In this document: piece by piece, positions 1 to 14,950 of the stretch
How positions within the stretch are numbered: position 1 is the stretch's first letter
How the letters are laid out: each line of letters begins with the position of its first letter
Assembly: GCA_028534125.1 (NCBI GenBank)
Contig: CM052816.1
Coordinates: forward strand, 43,340,001-43,404,000
Source: Lama glama
Lineage: Eukaryota
Length of the DNA stretch: 64,000 bases
Reading direction: 5' to 3'
Notes under the pieces: generated by a model
Database searches by the model: none
Seen by the model: only the letters and a program-made list of their open reading frames with translations
Told to the model about the DNA's origin: nothing
Program-made: the position numbers and the translations under genes

Positions 1-3000
1 TTCATAAACCTATTTTCTGCATTGCATGTTATTTCTTTGTGCTTCAAAATTGAAACCACGTGCAGCCTTCTCCCCTCCGCACACACAATAAATGCGCTGC
101 CTCCTCCCCCAACCCATCACACAACTATTTACATCTTGGTTACTCACTCGGCGCTCCGGCCCGGAGAAGAAATTGGCCCCATGAGACTAGGTGAGGCTTT
201 GTGAATGCATCTCTCAAATCCGTATCTCGGGCCCCCATCTCCGAAAGAGGCTCCTGGACTCCTCTCTCGGACCTCCTCCCACCCCCTCTTCGCACAGGTG
301 GTTGTGGCTTACTCTGGGAGAGCTAGCGGGGAGGACATCCAGGGAGAAAGCCAGTTCCGCAGGGTCCGGCCAGGCCCACCCGCTGCCCGCCCCACACCCT
401 GGCCGGCCGGCCGGCCAGCTGGGGTCAGCGGTGGCAGTGGCGGCGAGCTCGCCTCGGCTGGACCCTGGTCCACGCGCCCTGGGCGCAGCAGAAACCGCGT
501 AGGGAGCGACCGCTCCCCTGGGAGCATTCCAGACCCAGGTCCTCCCAGGCAAAGATGTCCCACCATAAATAAATAAATAATGTCCAAACGGGGGAGGGGG
601 AGCTGGAAAATGGATTCGCTGACAAGGAGAGATAATAAATGAGAGGCGCTTTCAGATAGATATCTCAGACGTGAAATTGCGCCCAGCTGGTTGTGTAAGC
701 AAACAAATAGTTTCATGTTAGGAACTCTCAACTTGTGGCTTGATGAATAGAACACGACAGAGGTAAATGGGTCTTTAACTCATTTAGGAATACAACTCTT
801 TGGCTTTCCAAGTAAAAGGCCCAGTGACGCCACGGAGCCTGAGCAGGCCCTCTAACAAGAGTTTTATTAGTTCCCACTTGTGTCTCCCTGCATACCCTCC
901 CCACGCTCCTCCATCAAGGTTTCCCACGGCAGAGGCATTCAGGTGATTTGTTTTGAGGAATCCAGGAGCTTATGGAGGTGAGTCTCCCACTGCAAGGGAT
1001 ATAAGTACTGCCTGTAAGCGGAGGAGGAGGAGGAGCATTTTAAAAAATAAATTTTGCACGCTCCAAGCAGACGAGCTCAGGTAGGCTTGGATGGAGAGGC
1101 CTCCAGACCCTCAGTGCAACTGAGCGCAGAGCTTGGTGGAGGGGTTCCTAGGAGCGGACTAAGACCCTTGGTGGCTGCCAGAGATCGAGAGTCTGAACTA
1201 TTCCGAGGGGCAAAGTCCCGGAAGCCCAACGTTGTTCTGGCGGCAGGGAGGGAGGCCCTTCTCCATCTCCGTGCTTCCGCCAGGCCCGGTTGCAGGTTGG
1301 GATGTGCGCGTGGGGGCAAAGTTCGTATTTTAACTCCCTTGCGCCAGTCCTTGTCCCTTCCGTGGCAGATAAAGCTCAGCCAGGCTCCCCAGAGATTTCC
1401 AGGGGAGAGCAAGTCCCGAGACAGCCTTTTTGATGTTTTCAGCAAGACTGTGGCTAAAGTAGTTTAAATCGACTTCAAAGCCCCTAAAATTCTAAGTCGC
1501 CCAGCAAGTGTTTGGGTTAGAAATGGAAACGTTTGACTTTCATATGTCACAGGTAATTTCCAGAGAGAAGTCACCTTGTGTGTTCCGCTCTCCAGCTGTT
1601 AAGATGTATTTTCTCTGGCCTTGGGGGGGCCCGTCGATTCTCCCCCGCCCAGTTAGGCCAGCCCTACCCTGCCGAGTCCTTAGTGCTGCGTGCCCCCAGC
1701 TGACTGTCAGGCCTACCCCTTCCTGCCGCCTCATACCCGGGTCCCAGGGCTCCCCCTGGCGCTTGGCTGGAAGGTGGGCTCATTGCTCAGGGGCTTCCGG
1801 GCGGCCACCCAGGCAGAGGAGGCTCCCACCTGCTTCACATGGCCTTCTGCCCAGTGGCTCCTAAGGTCTGAGGAAGCACAGGACACTGAGCGGTGTAGGG
1901 GGCAGCCCAGCCTCGACTGGGGCTGCTCCTCCGCACTGCGAGGAGGCCTCAAGCCGCTCCGCCCTTAGTCCTCTGGCCGCAGCCACTGATCAGCCCAGCT
2001 GAGGAGTTTTAGATGGCCCGGGGCAGAGACAACGCTTCCTTGTTGTCAGGAGGCTCAAACGTGGCTCAGATACCTCTGTCTCAGTTGCTAAACCTTCCCT
2101 TAGAGCGAGCAGATTCACGGGGCCGACTGCGTGCTCTGAGAGTGGAAAGTCTCAAGTTGGATCGCGGACAGCCTCTCCTTCTCTGCAGGGGCGCTCATGG
2201 CCCTTGAGTCCCTGGAAGGCTCCGTCTCTCTGAGACACACACAGCCCTCTGAAGCTGAATGTCTCTCTGTGGATAATGCATGTGAGACTGCCCCAGCCAC
2301 TTCGGAGACAGCAGAGGAGAAACCCATTTCCTGCCGGGCTCCAGAGGACCCCGCCCAGCTCAGGAGGAGCGCATCTCTTGCCCTTCCCTTCTGCTCAGCC
2401 CCGAGGCCTCCTGGTTCCTAGACCAAACCTGTGAGGGAGTCTGTGAGGCAGTAGGAAGGCCTGGTCTTCTTTTGCTGTGCTAATCACCCCGGTCTTAGGC
2501 CCAGGTTTAGAAAGGTCGCTGGGATTTCTCAGGCTGTGGGCAACCCTCCTGACCCCTTTGGGCAAGAGCCCAGTTAGCACTGTCATCTCTGGGCCCTGGA
2601 ACAAGTGCCAGCCCTCCCATGCGCGGTGCCTGGTGCTTGGGCCTCCATATTGAAATTAATTGAAAAATACGTTTCCGACCTATGAAAATGTTTATCTGTT
2701 TTCATCAGAGGGATCACACTGTAATGAATATATTTACATCTCATTTCAAGAAAGGCAGGAAAGATCGGTGAGCGCTTGGAGGCAGCTCAGCTCCCCTCCC
2801 CCCGCCTTGCCCCAGCAGCAGCCTACCCCACCCCAATTCCCACACTCCCTGGGAGGGCTTCCTGAGACTTTCTGGGAGGTGGTTAGCAGTTAAATATGAG
2901 TTCTTCCTGCACTCCTCCAGCCTTGGGTGCCCAATCTGCAAGGAAGTCAGCCTAGGATCAAAAACATTGCCCCTGGGTGTGGTGCAAAGGATGAAGCTCA

Positions 3001-4229
3001 GGGCCAGGTGGGATCTGCTGGAAGGCAGGAGAGCCCCAGCCACTGAGGGGCTCCACACCTTATACCCTCCATAGCCCAGCCACCCTATGGTATCAGCCCA
3101 GTTCCCAGGCGGACTTGCAGGGCTTCTTCACAGAGAGCATGGCATTGCCAGGCTGCACTGCTCCCAGAATATTAAAACTTTAGGTGGGTTAGAGCTTGTT
3201 AATGTATTTTTTTAAAAGGTGGGGCAACCTGGAAACTTCTAGACAGCAAATTGAGAGCAAAACTTTGCCAACGACTTCTGAAAGGGAAGCTCTTGCCTCA
3301 TCCAGACCTATTTGTGGCTGGGGGAGGGGGAAGAGGCGAGAGGTGTTATTTTAAAAGATCTGGCTTTATTAGTATGTTAAGGAAACGCTCCCTTGGCAGT
3401 ATGTGTTCTCTCAGTGCTGACTCGGATCCTATAAAACATTCATGCTCTGAAAGCTGTTAGAGAGAGCAGCCCCCCACGCAAACCCAAGGAGAGACCTCAG
3501 TGGGAGGTTTCTGCCCTGAAAGGGCCACTAGAACTCAAATGTCACTTCTGGAAAGAATCTGCTCCAGCCTAGCTCCTCAACTCCTAGGTTCTAGGTCCAT
3601 ACCCCTAAGTACCATAGTGGAGCCCTTCTGGCCACTGTGGGCCCTCCAGGGAACCCCTGTTCCAGGGTCTGCAGTGAAAAGCAAACCATAGCCAGCTCCC
3701 AGCAGCTACCTGGGGAGCAGGGGAGCAAAGCCAGGGCTTGAAGCTCTGAGGCCTCAACTCCTGCCCAGAGCTGGGGAGACTCCGACCTTCCGGTCACAGG
3801 CAAGGTGCAGAGAAGTCTGAGTGGCCTTTTCCATCCTGAAACCCCCACGTCCAGGGCTCTATGCCTCTCCAGCCAGGCAAATTCCCACCTGCAGTCACTG
3901 AAGCAGGCAGCGCAGACTTGGTTCACAGGGCACCTACCCCAGCCTCGGGCCCAGCTCCGTGCCAGCTGCCTACCACCTACAAGTTCACAAAAGCTGCCTC
4001 CAGCAACAAAGTGCCCTGCCCTCCCTGCTCACCCTGGCCCCCGAAGAGCCTGGCCCTGTGAATTACAAAACCAAGACAGCTGCTTGGTTTTAGGAAATAA
4101 ATCTAGCCAACTTGGTAACGGACCTTAAGAGTCCTCCCACCCCAACTTTTCCCATTCTAATAATTATTGGGGTGGAAATTGGAGGGTTTTCTTGCACTGA
4201 TGACATCTGTCAAGCAACCGGACACATGG

Positions 4230-5020
4230 GTTTTGCTAAATTCTTTTATTTTTTTGTTTAAATTTTCACTTCAATTTTAATTCTTGAAGAACAGCCTTGA
4301 CAACATATATCGCACTCATTATAAGAAGCAAAGGGTTATATCAAAAATTATTAGTATAGAATCACAGGAAATCTGGTTTGGAACCAGAAAAAAATACAAA
4401 ACAGATATAGATACATAGACACAGGACAATTTTTTATAATTATCTGGAAAATGTTATTTTCCCCTAATTCTTGTTTCTTTTTTTATGTGCATACGATGTT
4501 TAAATTTTACAAAAAAATGAAAATAAAGACTAGTATTTTACAAAATGAATAACAATGTTTGGGGGGGGTGTTTGTGTGTGTCTGTGTGTGTGTGTGTTTC
4601 TACATAGGATTCAGTCCACCTCCATGTGTGTTGTTTTCTGTACAGAATATATCCACATCCGTCCACAATAAATCCTGGAAGGTCCATTAGTCTCCTTCTG
4701 TTTTATTAAAATTTTCATGGTCCTGTCTTCCAAAATCGTTTTTCTTTTCCTCACCAGACACAAGGTCCTTTTTTCTTTCCTTTCCAACGTGTTCACAGAT
4801 CTGATCCTAAAAAGGGTCTTTTTCTCCTGGTTTGCAGCTCGGGTTGCATTTGTGCAGGGTGGGCTGCTCCTGTCGTCCCGGCCCTCCTCCCCTCTGCCCG
4901 GCCTGCCCGGCCGCTGCACCCTGCATCAGCCGCCCGCTGTCCCTGCGGCTTTGGAGTCCAAAGCCCCCGCCGTCCTCTGAGTCTCTAGGGGGGCGGGGGC
5001 AGGTGGGAAGCGCCCGAGGT
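4230..5020 (-). other. NR2F1: NR2F1 3' UTR (about 0.8 kb; end approximate)
   Basis: Between the stop codon and AATAAA; AU-rich, with a CA-repeat tract at 4568-4597. Confidence 0.8.
4245..4250 (-). terminator. Polyadenylation signal AATAAA of NR2F1
   Basis: tttatt on +; followed on the minus strand by a GU-rich stretch (ATGTGTCCGGTTGCTTG) 20-40 nt downstream. Confidence 0.8.
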
Positions 5021-5341
<321 letters not shown>

Positions 5342-8300
5342 TTACACCGTTAGGTCAGCGAACAGCGAAGTCACAAACAACGAGCCATTAATTTGTTTTT
5401 TCTTTTAAGGAGCAGAGGGGAAAAAAAGAGAAATAGAAGAAAAAAGAAAAGAAATCCTCCCGTCCGTGCCTCCCTACTCCTTCCTTACCATTTCTTCTCC
5501 CAGGCCCCAATAAAATAAAAGCAAATCAAACCCCACCAAGCCTAGGGGAGATGGAGAGAGGAAGTACACACATGCAGAGGCAGCAACCGCTCTAGGCCCT
5601 TTGTTTTTGCTCTTTCACCTTTGGATTAAATAATGTACGATGCTGGAGCCATGTTTGCTATGCGTAGCAACCTGTCCTCCGCCTGCAGGGGAGCATCTTT
5701 TCCACTGTGCTCATTAAAGGGAGGACTTCTGCCCCCTTTGCCCCTGGTTTTGGTGTGTTCAGGAGCCCTGAAGAAATATGCAGCCTGGAGGCGGTTCTAA
5801 AAGGCTTCTTAGAGTCCCCCTCTGAAACCCAAATGACCCCAACCAGAAACCTCAAGGAGAACCTGGATTGTATAGTGAACAGACATGGGAGGGGGTAAGA
5901 AATCATGGGCTGGAGTGCCTGGAATCAGACCAAGCCCAAGCTTTAGCAGTACAGGATTTGTGATCCACTATCTATGCAAGCAAGGACTCTGCAGCACGTC
6001 CTAAGTAAGGGTATACACTTCTATCTGTGCCTTAGATCAAGTAATTGAAAATTGGTCACATCTCTGTAAGCTGTATAATAATCAGGAGGAATATGGCTCA
6101 GTTACTCCAGGCTGCAGAAAGGAGACGTCTTCATGATCAGACACAAAGCTGGGCTGCAGGCAGCCGTTGCTGCTTGAGAACCGAGAGGTGGGGAGTTGAG
6201 GGAGGACTTGGGGAGATAGGCTTCCTGCGGCAAGACCAAGGGAGAAAAAGGCACCTGTACACCATCTCAAAACATCAACCAAGGCTCCTTCTTGTTCTCC
6301 TTAAAATATTTCAAGACAGCAGTTTATACTCTATCAACTAACCAGAGGCAAGCAAATGAAAAGGAAGGTGGAATCACAGGAATGAAGTGAAGGCTTCCTC
6401 TCCAAGTTCAAACACCCGCGTTGTTTCTTATATTAATAATAAATATTTTTAAAATAGGAAGATCACAGAGGATCCCTTAGCCAGTCAGGAGGTTGACTAG
6501 AGATCAAAGGCAGAGTTTGCTAATATATAGATCTGGGAAGAAATTCATGCATGGCAGTGCCCCCAAAAGGACATTATATAATTGAGAGTGGGCAAGTGTG
6601 ACTCTAAGAAGACACAGCAAATGATTCAAAATGAAACGTGTGTCTGCTAAGTTTCTGAGCTTTATGTCTCCATATTTCAAGAACTGGGATTTACAAAGCA
6701 TTCTAATACCTTCATCTACAAGGCTATGGCCTTGAGCAAAAATACAAATAAACCTAGTGATAATTCAGGAACTTCTGAGGCAGGTCTCCTTTGACCCCAG
6801 ATCCAGACTGGGTTCCTCTCAGATGTATAATTACTCTAGCCAGCCATTTATGTGCATCCACACTCGCTTGACTTGGGAAGTCAGTGAGATTTTATGGCTA
6901 GCAGGGTGAAGGCACGAGCACTTTGGGGCCTTGATACTTAGAGAGGGGACTGTGAGGCCTGCCCTTGGCCTTGCATGCTAACCTGGTCTTGCTGAATGAC
7001 CGCCATACAGACTCATATTTACTTATATCTTACTTTACATGCATTATCTGCCCATAATGCCACAGAATCCCTTTCAGCCTTAGACAGCGCAGTATGAAAG
7101 GGACCCATTGCTGCCCCAGCAGATTTTTTTTAAAGGACCCACATGGCATCTCTTCAGGTCTGTAAAATATTTATCTGATATTCACAATTGGGGCTCCCAG
7201 AGTGCAAGGTCACTACCTTCTCCCAGCTAGGCTACACCGAAGGAAACAAGCCCAGGGGAGGCATGCCTGGGTCCTGTGCTGGCTGTGTGAGTTCTTCACT
7301 CCTTCGGAGGCAGAATGCTTGTAGCTGGGCCCGGCTGCAAGGTGTCACCCGGCCAGCCTGGTGGCCTCCCTCAGGCAGGATCGGGCCTGGCTTCTCATTC
7401 TAGATATTCCTTCCTGCTCTGGGTATCTCTGCAACAGGATTCCCCCAACTGTGGACAGACAGTCTGAGCTCCCAGATCCACTGGGTGGTTGTGGTAGCAA
7501 AACAAGGTGAGCAGGGTGTGTGATGCAGAACCAAGTTACACTCCGGGAGTTCTATCCCAGATAAGAAAAGGAGGCAGAACGTGCAAAATTCATGTCTCAC
7601 TTTTTATACAGTAGTGTCAATGTGGGAACGCTCAATATTTCTTCTACAGTATATGGAAAAGAAATTATGTAAATAAATAACCACTACTGCTCGGGCCCTC
7701 CTGGCCTAGCCTTTGTAGTGCACAGAAAGTATTTCATGTTGTGCATTCAGAAGAGTTCAGTGTTCAGGAAATATAGATGTAATCAGCTGCCATAACTGGA
7801 AATCAAAGTTATTATTGTGCTGAAAATGGATTTATTGTATTTATGTTAACTAGATGGCTTCTTTCAGGGAAAAGTCTCATTTATTTGAGGGAATATTTAG
7901 GTGTATGAATTAATGAATTTTTTTTTTAAAAAAAAGTAAGTTCAGGTCATGACCTAGTCGTTGGATGCTGTCCAGAATATTAAGGATTAAACATACCATC
8001 CGGAGGCCAAATGTGAAAACCACCACAGGGAACCCCCGTGCCAGCTTCAAATACTTAGCCGGAGCAAACTTCGTTGGACAATATGTCTAAAACTGTCTTT
8101 TCCATCATTCAAAGTTCACTTAAAAGTTGGATGATTTTGAGAAGGCTTCCCATGAATTCCCTTCTGGCTAGCAATCAAAACAAGTTTAGTCAAAAGTGGA
8201 AATGTGTTGTATGGAAGAGGGGGGTGAATTACTACTGACAGCTCTATTTCCATTTTCAGATATTCTGCTTGCAATTTTCGAACAAAATAATGTTATTGTT

Positions 8301-9959
8301 CACTTCTCGGCCTCCCTTGCACCTTGAAGACTTGGTTCAAGAAACTTCTTTGGGGAAACTTTTTTTTAAAGGAACACTTTTCCCAGGGACGGTTTAGGGT
8401 GGGAAGTTGAAAGAAAAGCATGAATAATTCCACAACCTTCCCCGCAGCCTGCACAGTCCTTGCCTCTCTCTGGGAAAGGGCATGAGATCAGAAAAGTCAA
8501 GGGGATTCAAAGAACCTTAGGGGGGGACAAGGAAAAGGAAGGTGAGACTTTTCTTGAGAAGACCTCTGTCCAGCTCCAAGTCACATTTCTACTTCAAGAC
8601 ACCTCACTAGATGAGATTTTAAAACTCCAGCTTCCCTGACACTGGCTTGCTTCCTGATTAATTTGGCTAAAGAGCCCGGTAGTGGAGAGCCAGCCAGGCC
8701 CCAGGCCTGCCAGAGCTAAACCAACCCGGTCGCTGCTTCCCAGGCTCTTTGTCACTTTTGAAAAACACGTTTCCATCAAGAAGACTTATTAAGATAAAAT
8801 GCATTCAAACACCGAGGAGGCTATTCAATAAATCTTCCATTTGTTTTAAGTTCGCACTTTATCCTCTTGCAAAGAATAACTCCCTCTCCCACTAGCAGAC
8901 CTGCATTTGCACTGAAAGTAAAAGGGGGGCAGTCCAAGTCCATGGCTCAGGCCACCCTGCATACAAATGAGATGCTCTTGTCTAAATAAATTATCTGCTG
9001 TTCAGATCGATATTAATACTACATTTGCTACATTACAATATTGTGCAAATTTAAGAGTCATTTTAATACAATGTAAATACGATTCTTCACGCATGAAAGC
9101 CAAGAAATATTGATAGATTATACCACTGCTTACTGTTCAACAAGGCCTTGGGAAAGGAGTTTTGCCATCTCTGCTCAAGAATGGTTTTAATTTGGCCTTT
9201 GGAGGTCCTGGCTCTAGGATAGATTTATTAAGATGGTTTATTTGTTCTCTGAATGGAGGAATTAAAAACAATAGCGCCAATAATGGTGGTAAAACTGCAA
9301 CTATCCCTACTCACAGTGGGCAAGGCCTGAGACCCAGTTTGAAGAGCTCTGTTCCCCACCAGCGTCCTTTCTGGCTTTGTTTATATTGCCCCCCATTACC
9401 TGCTGTCCTGGGTGTTTATATGTTTCCCTCTTGCAGGTTACAATAATAAAAGGCGGGCAGTGTTCTCAGAGGCTCAGACCAGAGCCTTCAAAGGCAACGT
9501 TAATGCACTTTCCTGGAAGTTAATTTGAACCATCTATCATAAGAGAAATTGTTAACATGCATGTTACCACTGCCCACATTTAATTTGATATTTTTAAGGC
9601 ACTCTGTTAAATTTCCAGTGTTCGTGCGTTTTGCATGCCTATGAGATTTATCCCAGGGGTAGGAATCCTTCCATACTTGCGGGTTCTACAGGATTGCTTT
9701 TGTTTTTTATCTTTCTTGTTTAGGTCGAATCCGCTTTTTACGACCCTCAATAACCTCAGCAACTGCAAACATGAATGGTTTCCGATAAGGGAAAATCAGG
9801 CAGCAATAAAGCGGGATTATTTATGATTTATTTGCACGTATTCTTCTCCCACCTCTCTCTGTTTGTCTCACTGTGTTGGGAAACTCAGCCGGGGAGCGTG
9901 CCACACAGAGGAGAAAGCCACATTCCCACGTTCTCTTCCTTCCTTCTCCTCCCCCAGAA

Positions 9960-11216
<1,257 letters not shown>

Positions 11217-12949
11217 TTAATGAGATCCCACTCACCCCTCCAGAAAGAACCAAATCAGGGTAAAACAAAAACAAAAACAGGCGAAACCAGAGAAGGGTTG
11301 TGGTTCTAGGCAAACGCCTAGCTGCCTCTTCATTTGCAAGCAAGGAGGTTTTGCCCAAAACGTTTCCATAGTCTCTAAAAATGCTATAGAATTATCCTTA
11401 AAATAGATACAAGTTACATACCCTACTAACCACTTACAACTTTTGAATAGAAAACAAGTATCCAGCACCCCTCCCCTACCCACTCCTCCCCGTCGCCCCA
11501 CACACAAAGTTCTCACTGTTAAAAGCAACAGAAAATTGAAAAATTTCAAGAAAAAGTTCAACTTACAGTAGCCAAACATTATTGAAAAAAGTGGGAAATA
11601 TAATTAATGTCTGTCCTGCGCGGTGCCACTGCAACCTGCAGCCAGCTTTTGCCCAGTGAATGCACGAGCTTGCAACTGCAAAAACACTGGATTCATTAAC
11701 CATCTGAATGCAAAACGTAAGCATGCTTTGAGTTCTTAAAGCTGACCAAAGTTTTTTTTTTAATGTGTATGTTTTACTTCAACAATGCCAGCGTTTTAAA
11801 TTGCCATGTAAACAAAGACAACTTTAGGAAAAGTTAGGGCTACTAAACTCTCCCCCCCCAACAAATTAATATAGATATGTCCATGTACACGTAGTTATCT
11901 TACTTCAGGTTGTACACTATTTCCTTAAGTTTACGTTGATTCTAATTTTAATGCATGCCCCAGTGAAATTTAAGTTCTTGAAACATAACAGCTAGAATAC
12001 TTTTTTCTAATTATAGTTTGAACTTGGCAGTTATTTTTCAATTAAATGAGAGTACAATTCAAAGTTTTTTTTTTCAGATGCCTACAAAATCTCCCTGGAG
12101 CTAGAAATGAAGTCGTCATATTTGTCTCCTCCTTGAGATCTGAAGGAATTCAATTTCTTTTCTTGTGGCATATAAAATATAATTTTAAAGTCAATTACAA
12201 GAAGGAGTAATCTGCATTCTGCAAAATTGACTGGTTCACTAATTTGACTATAAGACATTTTTAATGATTGTCAGGAGATAAACTTTAACTGTAAATGGCT
12301 AAATATATTTATAAGAAAAGTACTGCATCTCTTGCCACATGAACATGAAGCATATCTAAATACAACATCAAAAGTTGTGTTAAGAGAAACCAAACCCATA
12401 CAACACAGGGATTAAATGATGTGGAAGCTCCTGCCAGCTGCAGCCTATGCATTATAGCCAAATCAGAAGGATCGGTAAATGCCGTTGTAAATTGTAATTT
12501 GTATGCAGTATTTAAGCAGAGGGTGGAGTTTGATGAAGAAATAAAACGAGTATCATGCTTTAAAAAAAATGACACAACTATGAAAGCACGGTTCAGTCAC
12601 AAACTTTCCTTTCAAAGTAGAGGGGTGAAAACAAGGCCACAGCTCTGGAGGAGGCGGCCCCAGCTCGGTGAAGAGGAGAGGGAACCAGTGAACAAGCCAG
12701 AAGCCCCCCCTTCCCCCCTAATTAGACCTACAAGTGCAATAAATCTCACTCCTCTTTTTCCAAGCTAAGCTTCCAAAAGGATGATGCAGTAATGAATCTA
12801 TGGTTCAGAGTACTCTGGTTTCCAGCCCTCCCCCATTTTAAATAAAGGGCATGAAGAAGTGGAGGGGAAAGTGGAATGAAAAAACACAGAAACAGTTTTC
12901 TGGGGGAAATAAGCACCGCTCCCCAAGTTCATGCCAGCACAGCCCCCAA

Positions 12950-14950
12950 GCATCCTCACGCACACGCGGGAAAGGGACACACACACCGAGCACAGAGAAA
13001 GGGGATTTTAAGCCACAGCTCACGATCCCAGGGACACAATCCTGAGCAGGCAGCGGGCGGGGTGGAGGAGCCGGGGAGAGGAGCGCAGGCCGGGAGGGGG
13101 AGGCAGCGGCAGCGAGCTGGGGAGTGGGGGGGGGGGAGACGCTGGGGGAGGAAGGCAGCGGGGACAGGGGAAGCTGGGACGGACCGGGACCGCAGGAGCC
13201 CCAGCCCCATACAGCAGCCACCCCCGCGAGAGAGAAAGAAAGAGGGCCGGGGAGGCGGGCAAAGCTCAGGGAGAGAAGCAGAGAAGAAATATTCACCTTC
13301 CCGCCTCATGCCCACTTTGAGGCACTTCTTGAGGCGGCAGTATTGGCACTGGTTGCGGTGGTGCTGGTCGATGGGACAGTTCCTGTTGGCACGGCATGTG
13401 TAAGTTAAGTTCCTGCGGACGCTTCTCTTGAAGAAACTTTTGCAGCCCTCGCAGGTGAATTGGCCGTAGTGCTTGCCGCTCGACTTGTCCCCGCACACCA
13501 CGCACTCGATGTGCTGCTGGCTCTGGCCCGAGCCGGGCGGGCCCTGGCCCTTGTCCCCTGCCGTGCCGGGGGTGGCGGGCGCTCCGGGCTGGCCCGGGGT
13601 CTGCGGCGTGTGCGGCGCGCCCGAGCCCGCCTGCTGCTGCTGCTCGCCGGCGCCGCCGCCGCCGCGGGCCGCCTGCGCTGCGGGGTTGGGGCCGCCGGGG
13701 TTGCCCCCGGCCACGTCGTCCTGCGGATCTCGCCAGCTGCTAACTACCATTGCCATATCTTTGGGCCCGGGGAGCGCTGGGGGGAGCCGAGCTGCTCGCC
13801 GAGGGCCGCGGGGCGCGCGGGCGCGCCGGGAGGGGAAGGGGAAGGGGAAGGGGGGAGGGGGAGGGGGCGGGGGGCCCACCCGGCGCCCCGGGGTCGCGGG
13901 AGCCGAGCCCGAGCCGGGCACCGGCCGCTGCCTCCGCCGCCGCCGCCGCTGCCGCCGCTACTGCCTCGGCCGCCCCGCTGCTGCTGCGCGCCCGCCCGCC
14001 CTGCTGGCGTTTTGTTGTGGTTCCTGCTGTTTTCTTTCTCTCTTTTTGCAGCCCCCCCAGGCTCTCAGGCTCCCCCCCCAACACCCCTGCTCCCCTCGCC
14101 CGCTCCCCCCGCTCTCCGATCCTGGGGGGGCCACGCTCTCCTTCCCCCCCCTCCCCACCCCCCCCCAGCGAGCAAGCTCCCTTCTCTCGCTTTTTTCTTC
14201 TTCCCCAAGTTGCAAAATCAGAAATGGCACAGGCGGCAGCCGGGAGCGGCGCGGGGCGCAGCGCCGGGGGCGGCGGGCATGGGCCACGGCGCGCGCACAC
14301 ACTCACCCTCCGCCTCGCCCGCACCCCCGCGCACACACACACTCGCACACACACTCGCTCACCCGCGCCGGGCGCCCGCCCGCCAGCCGGCCGCTCGGGC
14401 TACGCGCTGCGCGCCGGCAGAGCAGACATAGAGGAAACCGGCGAGGGCGGCGGCGGCCGCGGTGGCGGCGGCGGAGGAGGTCGCGGCTGCAGGCGCCTCT
14501 GGAGCCGCCGCCTCAGCTGCAGCGGCGAGTGCCGCTGGAGAAGCCGGGGCCCGGGCCGGAGTCCGAGCTGGAGTCGGAGCCGCAGCCGGAGCCCGAGGCC
14601 GGGTCGGGGCCGCCCGCGCCGCCGCCGCTGTCCCGGCTGGAGCCCTCGCTGGGCTCGGGATTGAGGGGAGCGCGGCGAGCCGAGCAGGGCGCAGGGCGCA
14701 GGGCGAGGCTGCCGGCTGCGATCAGGGAGCGCTGGTGTCGGGGGGCCAGGTCCAGGGCCGGACGCAGCCAGCCATTCAGGAAGGCAGCGCTGGAGAGCGG
14801 GAGGCAGCCAGCGAGGAGGATCACACACTTTGCTCTTTTTGTTGTGCCGGTGGCGCCGGGCTCTCGCTGCCTTCTTCTTTCGGGAGGTGTCGGAGGGGGA
14901 GAAAAATACAAGATAATTCACGCCGGCGACGAATTCACAGCGAAACAGAA
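12950..14950. other. CpG island over exon 1 / 5' UTR
   Basis: Dense CG with GCC/CCG runs. Confidence 0.9.
13297..13756 (-). CDS. NR2F1: NR2F1/COUP-TFI coding exon 1 (N-terminal domain plus C4 zinc-finger DNA-binding domain), 460 nt
   Basis: ATG at 13756 (AAAGAT-ATG-G). Reads [25 protein letters not shown]...[37 protein letters not shown]...CLKVGMRRE. Donor G|GTGAAT at 13297/13296. The N-terminus is NR2F1-type rather than NR2F2/NR2F6. Confidence 0.98.

Noticed and set aside
13757..13921. In-frame GTG-initiated 55-aa N-terminal extension
   Set aside because: Weak context (C at -3 and +4); open frames are expected at this GC content.
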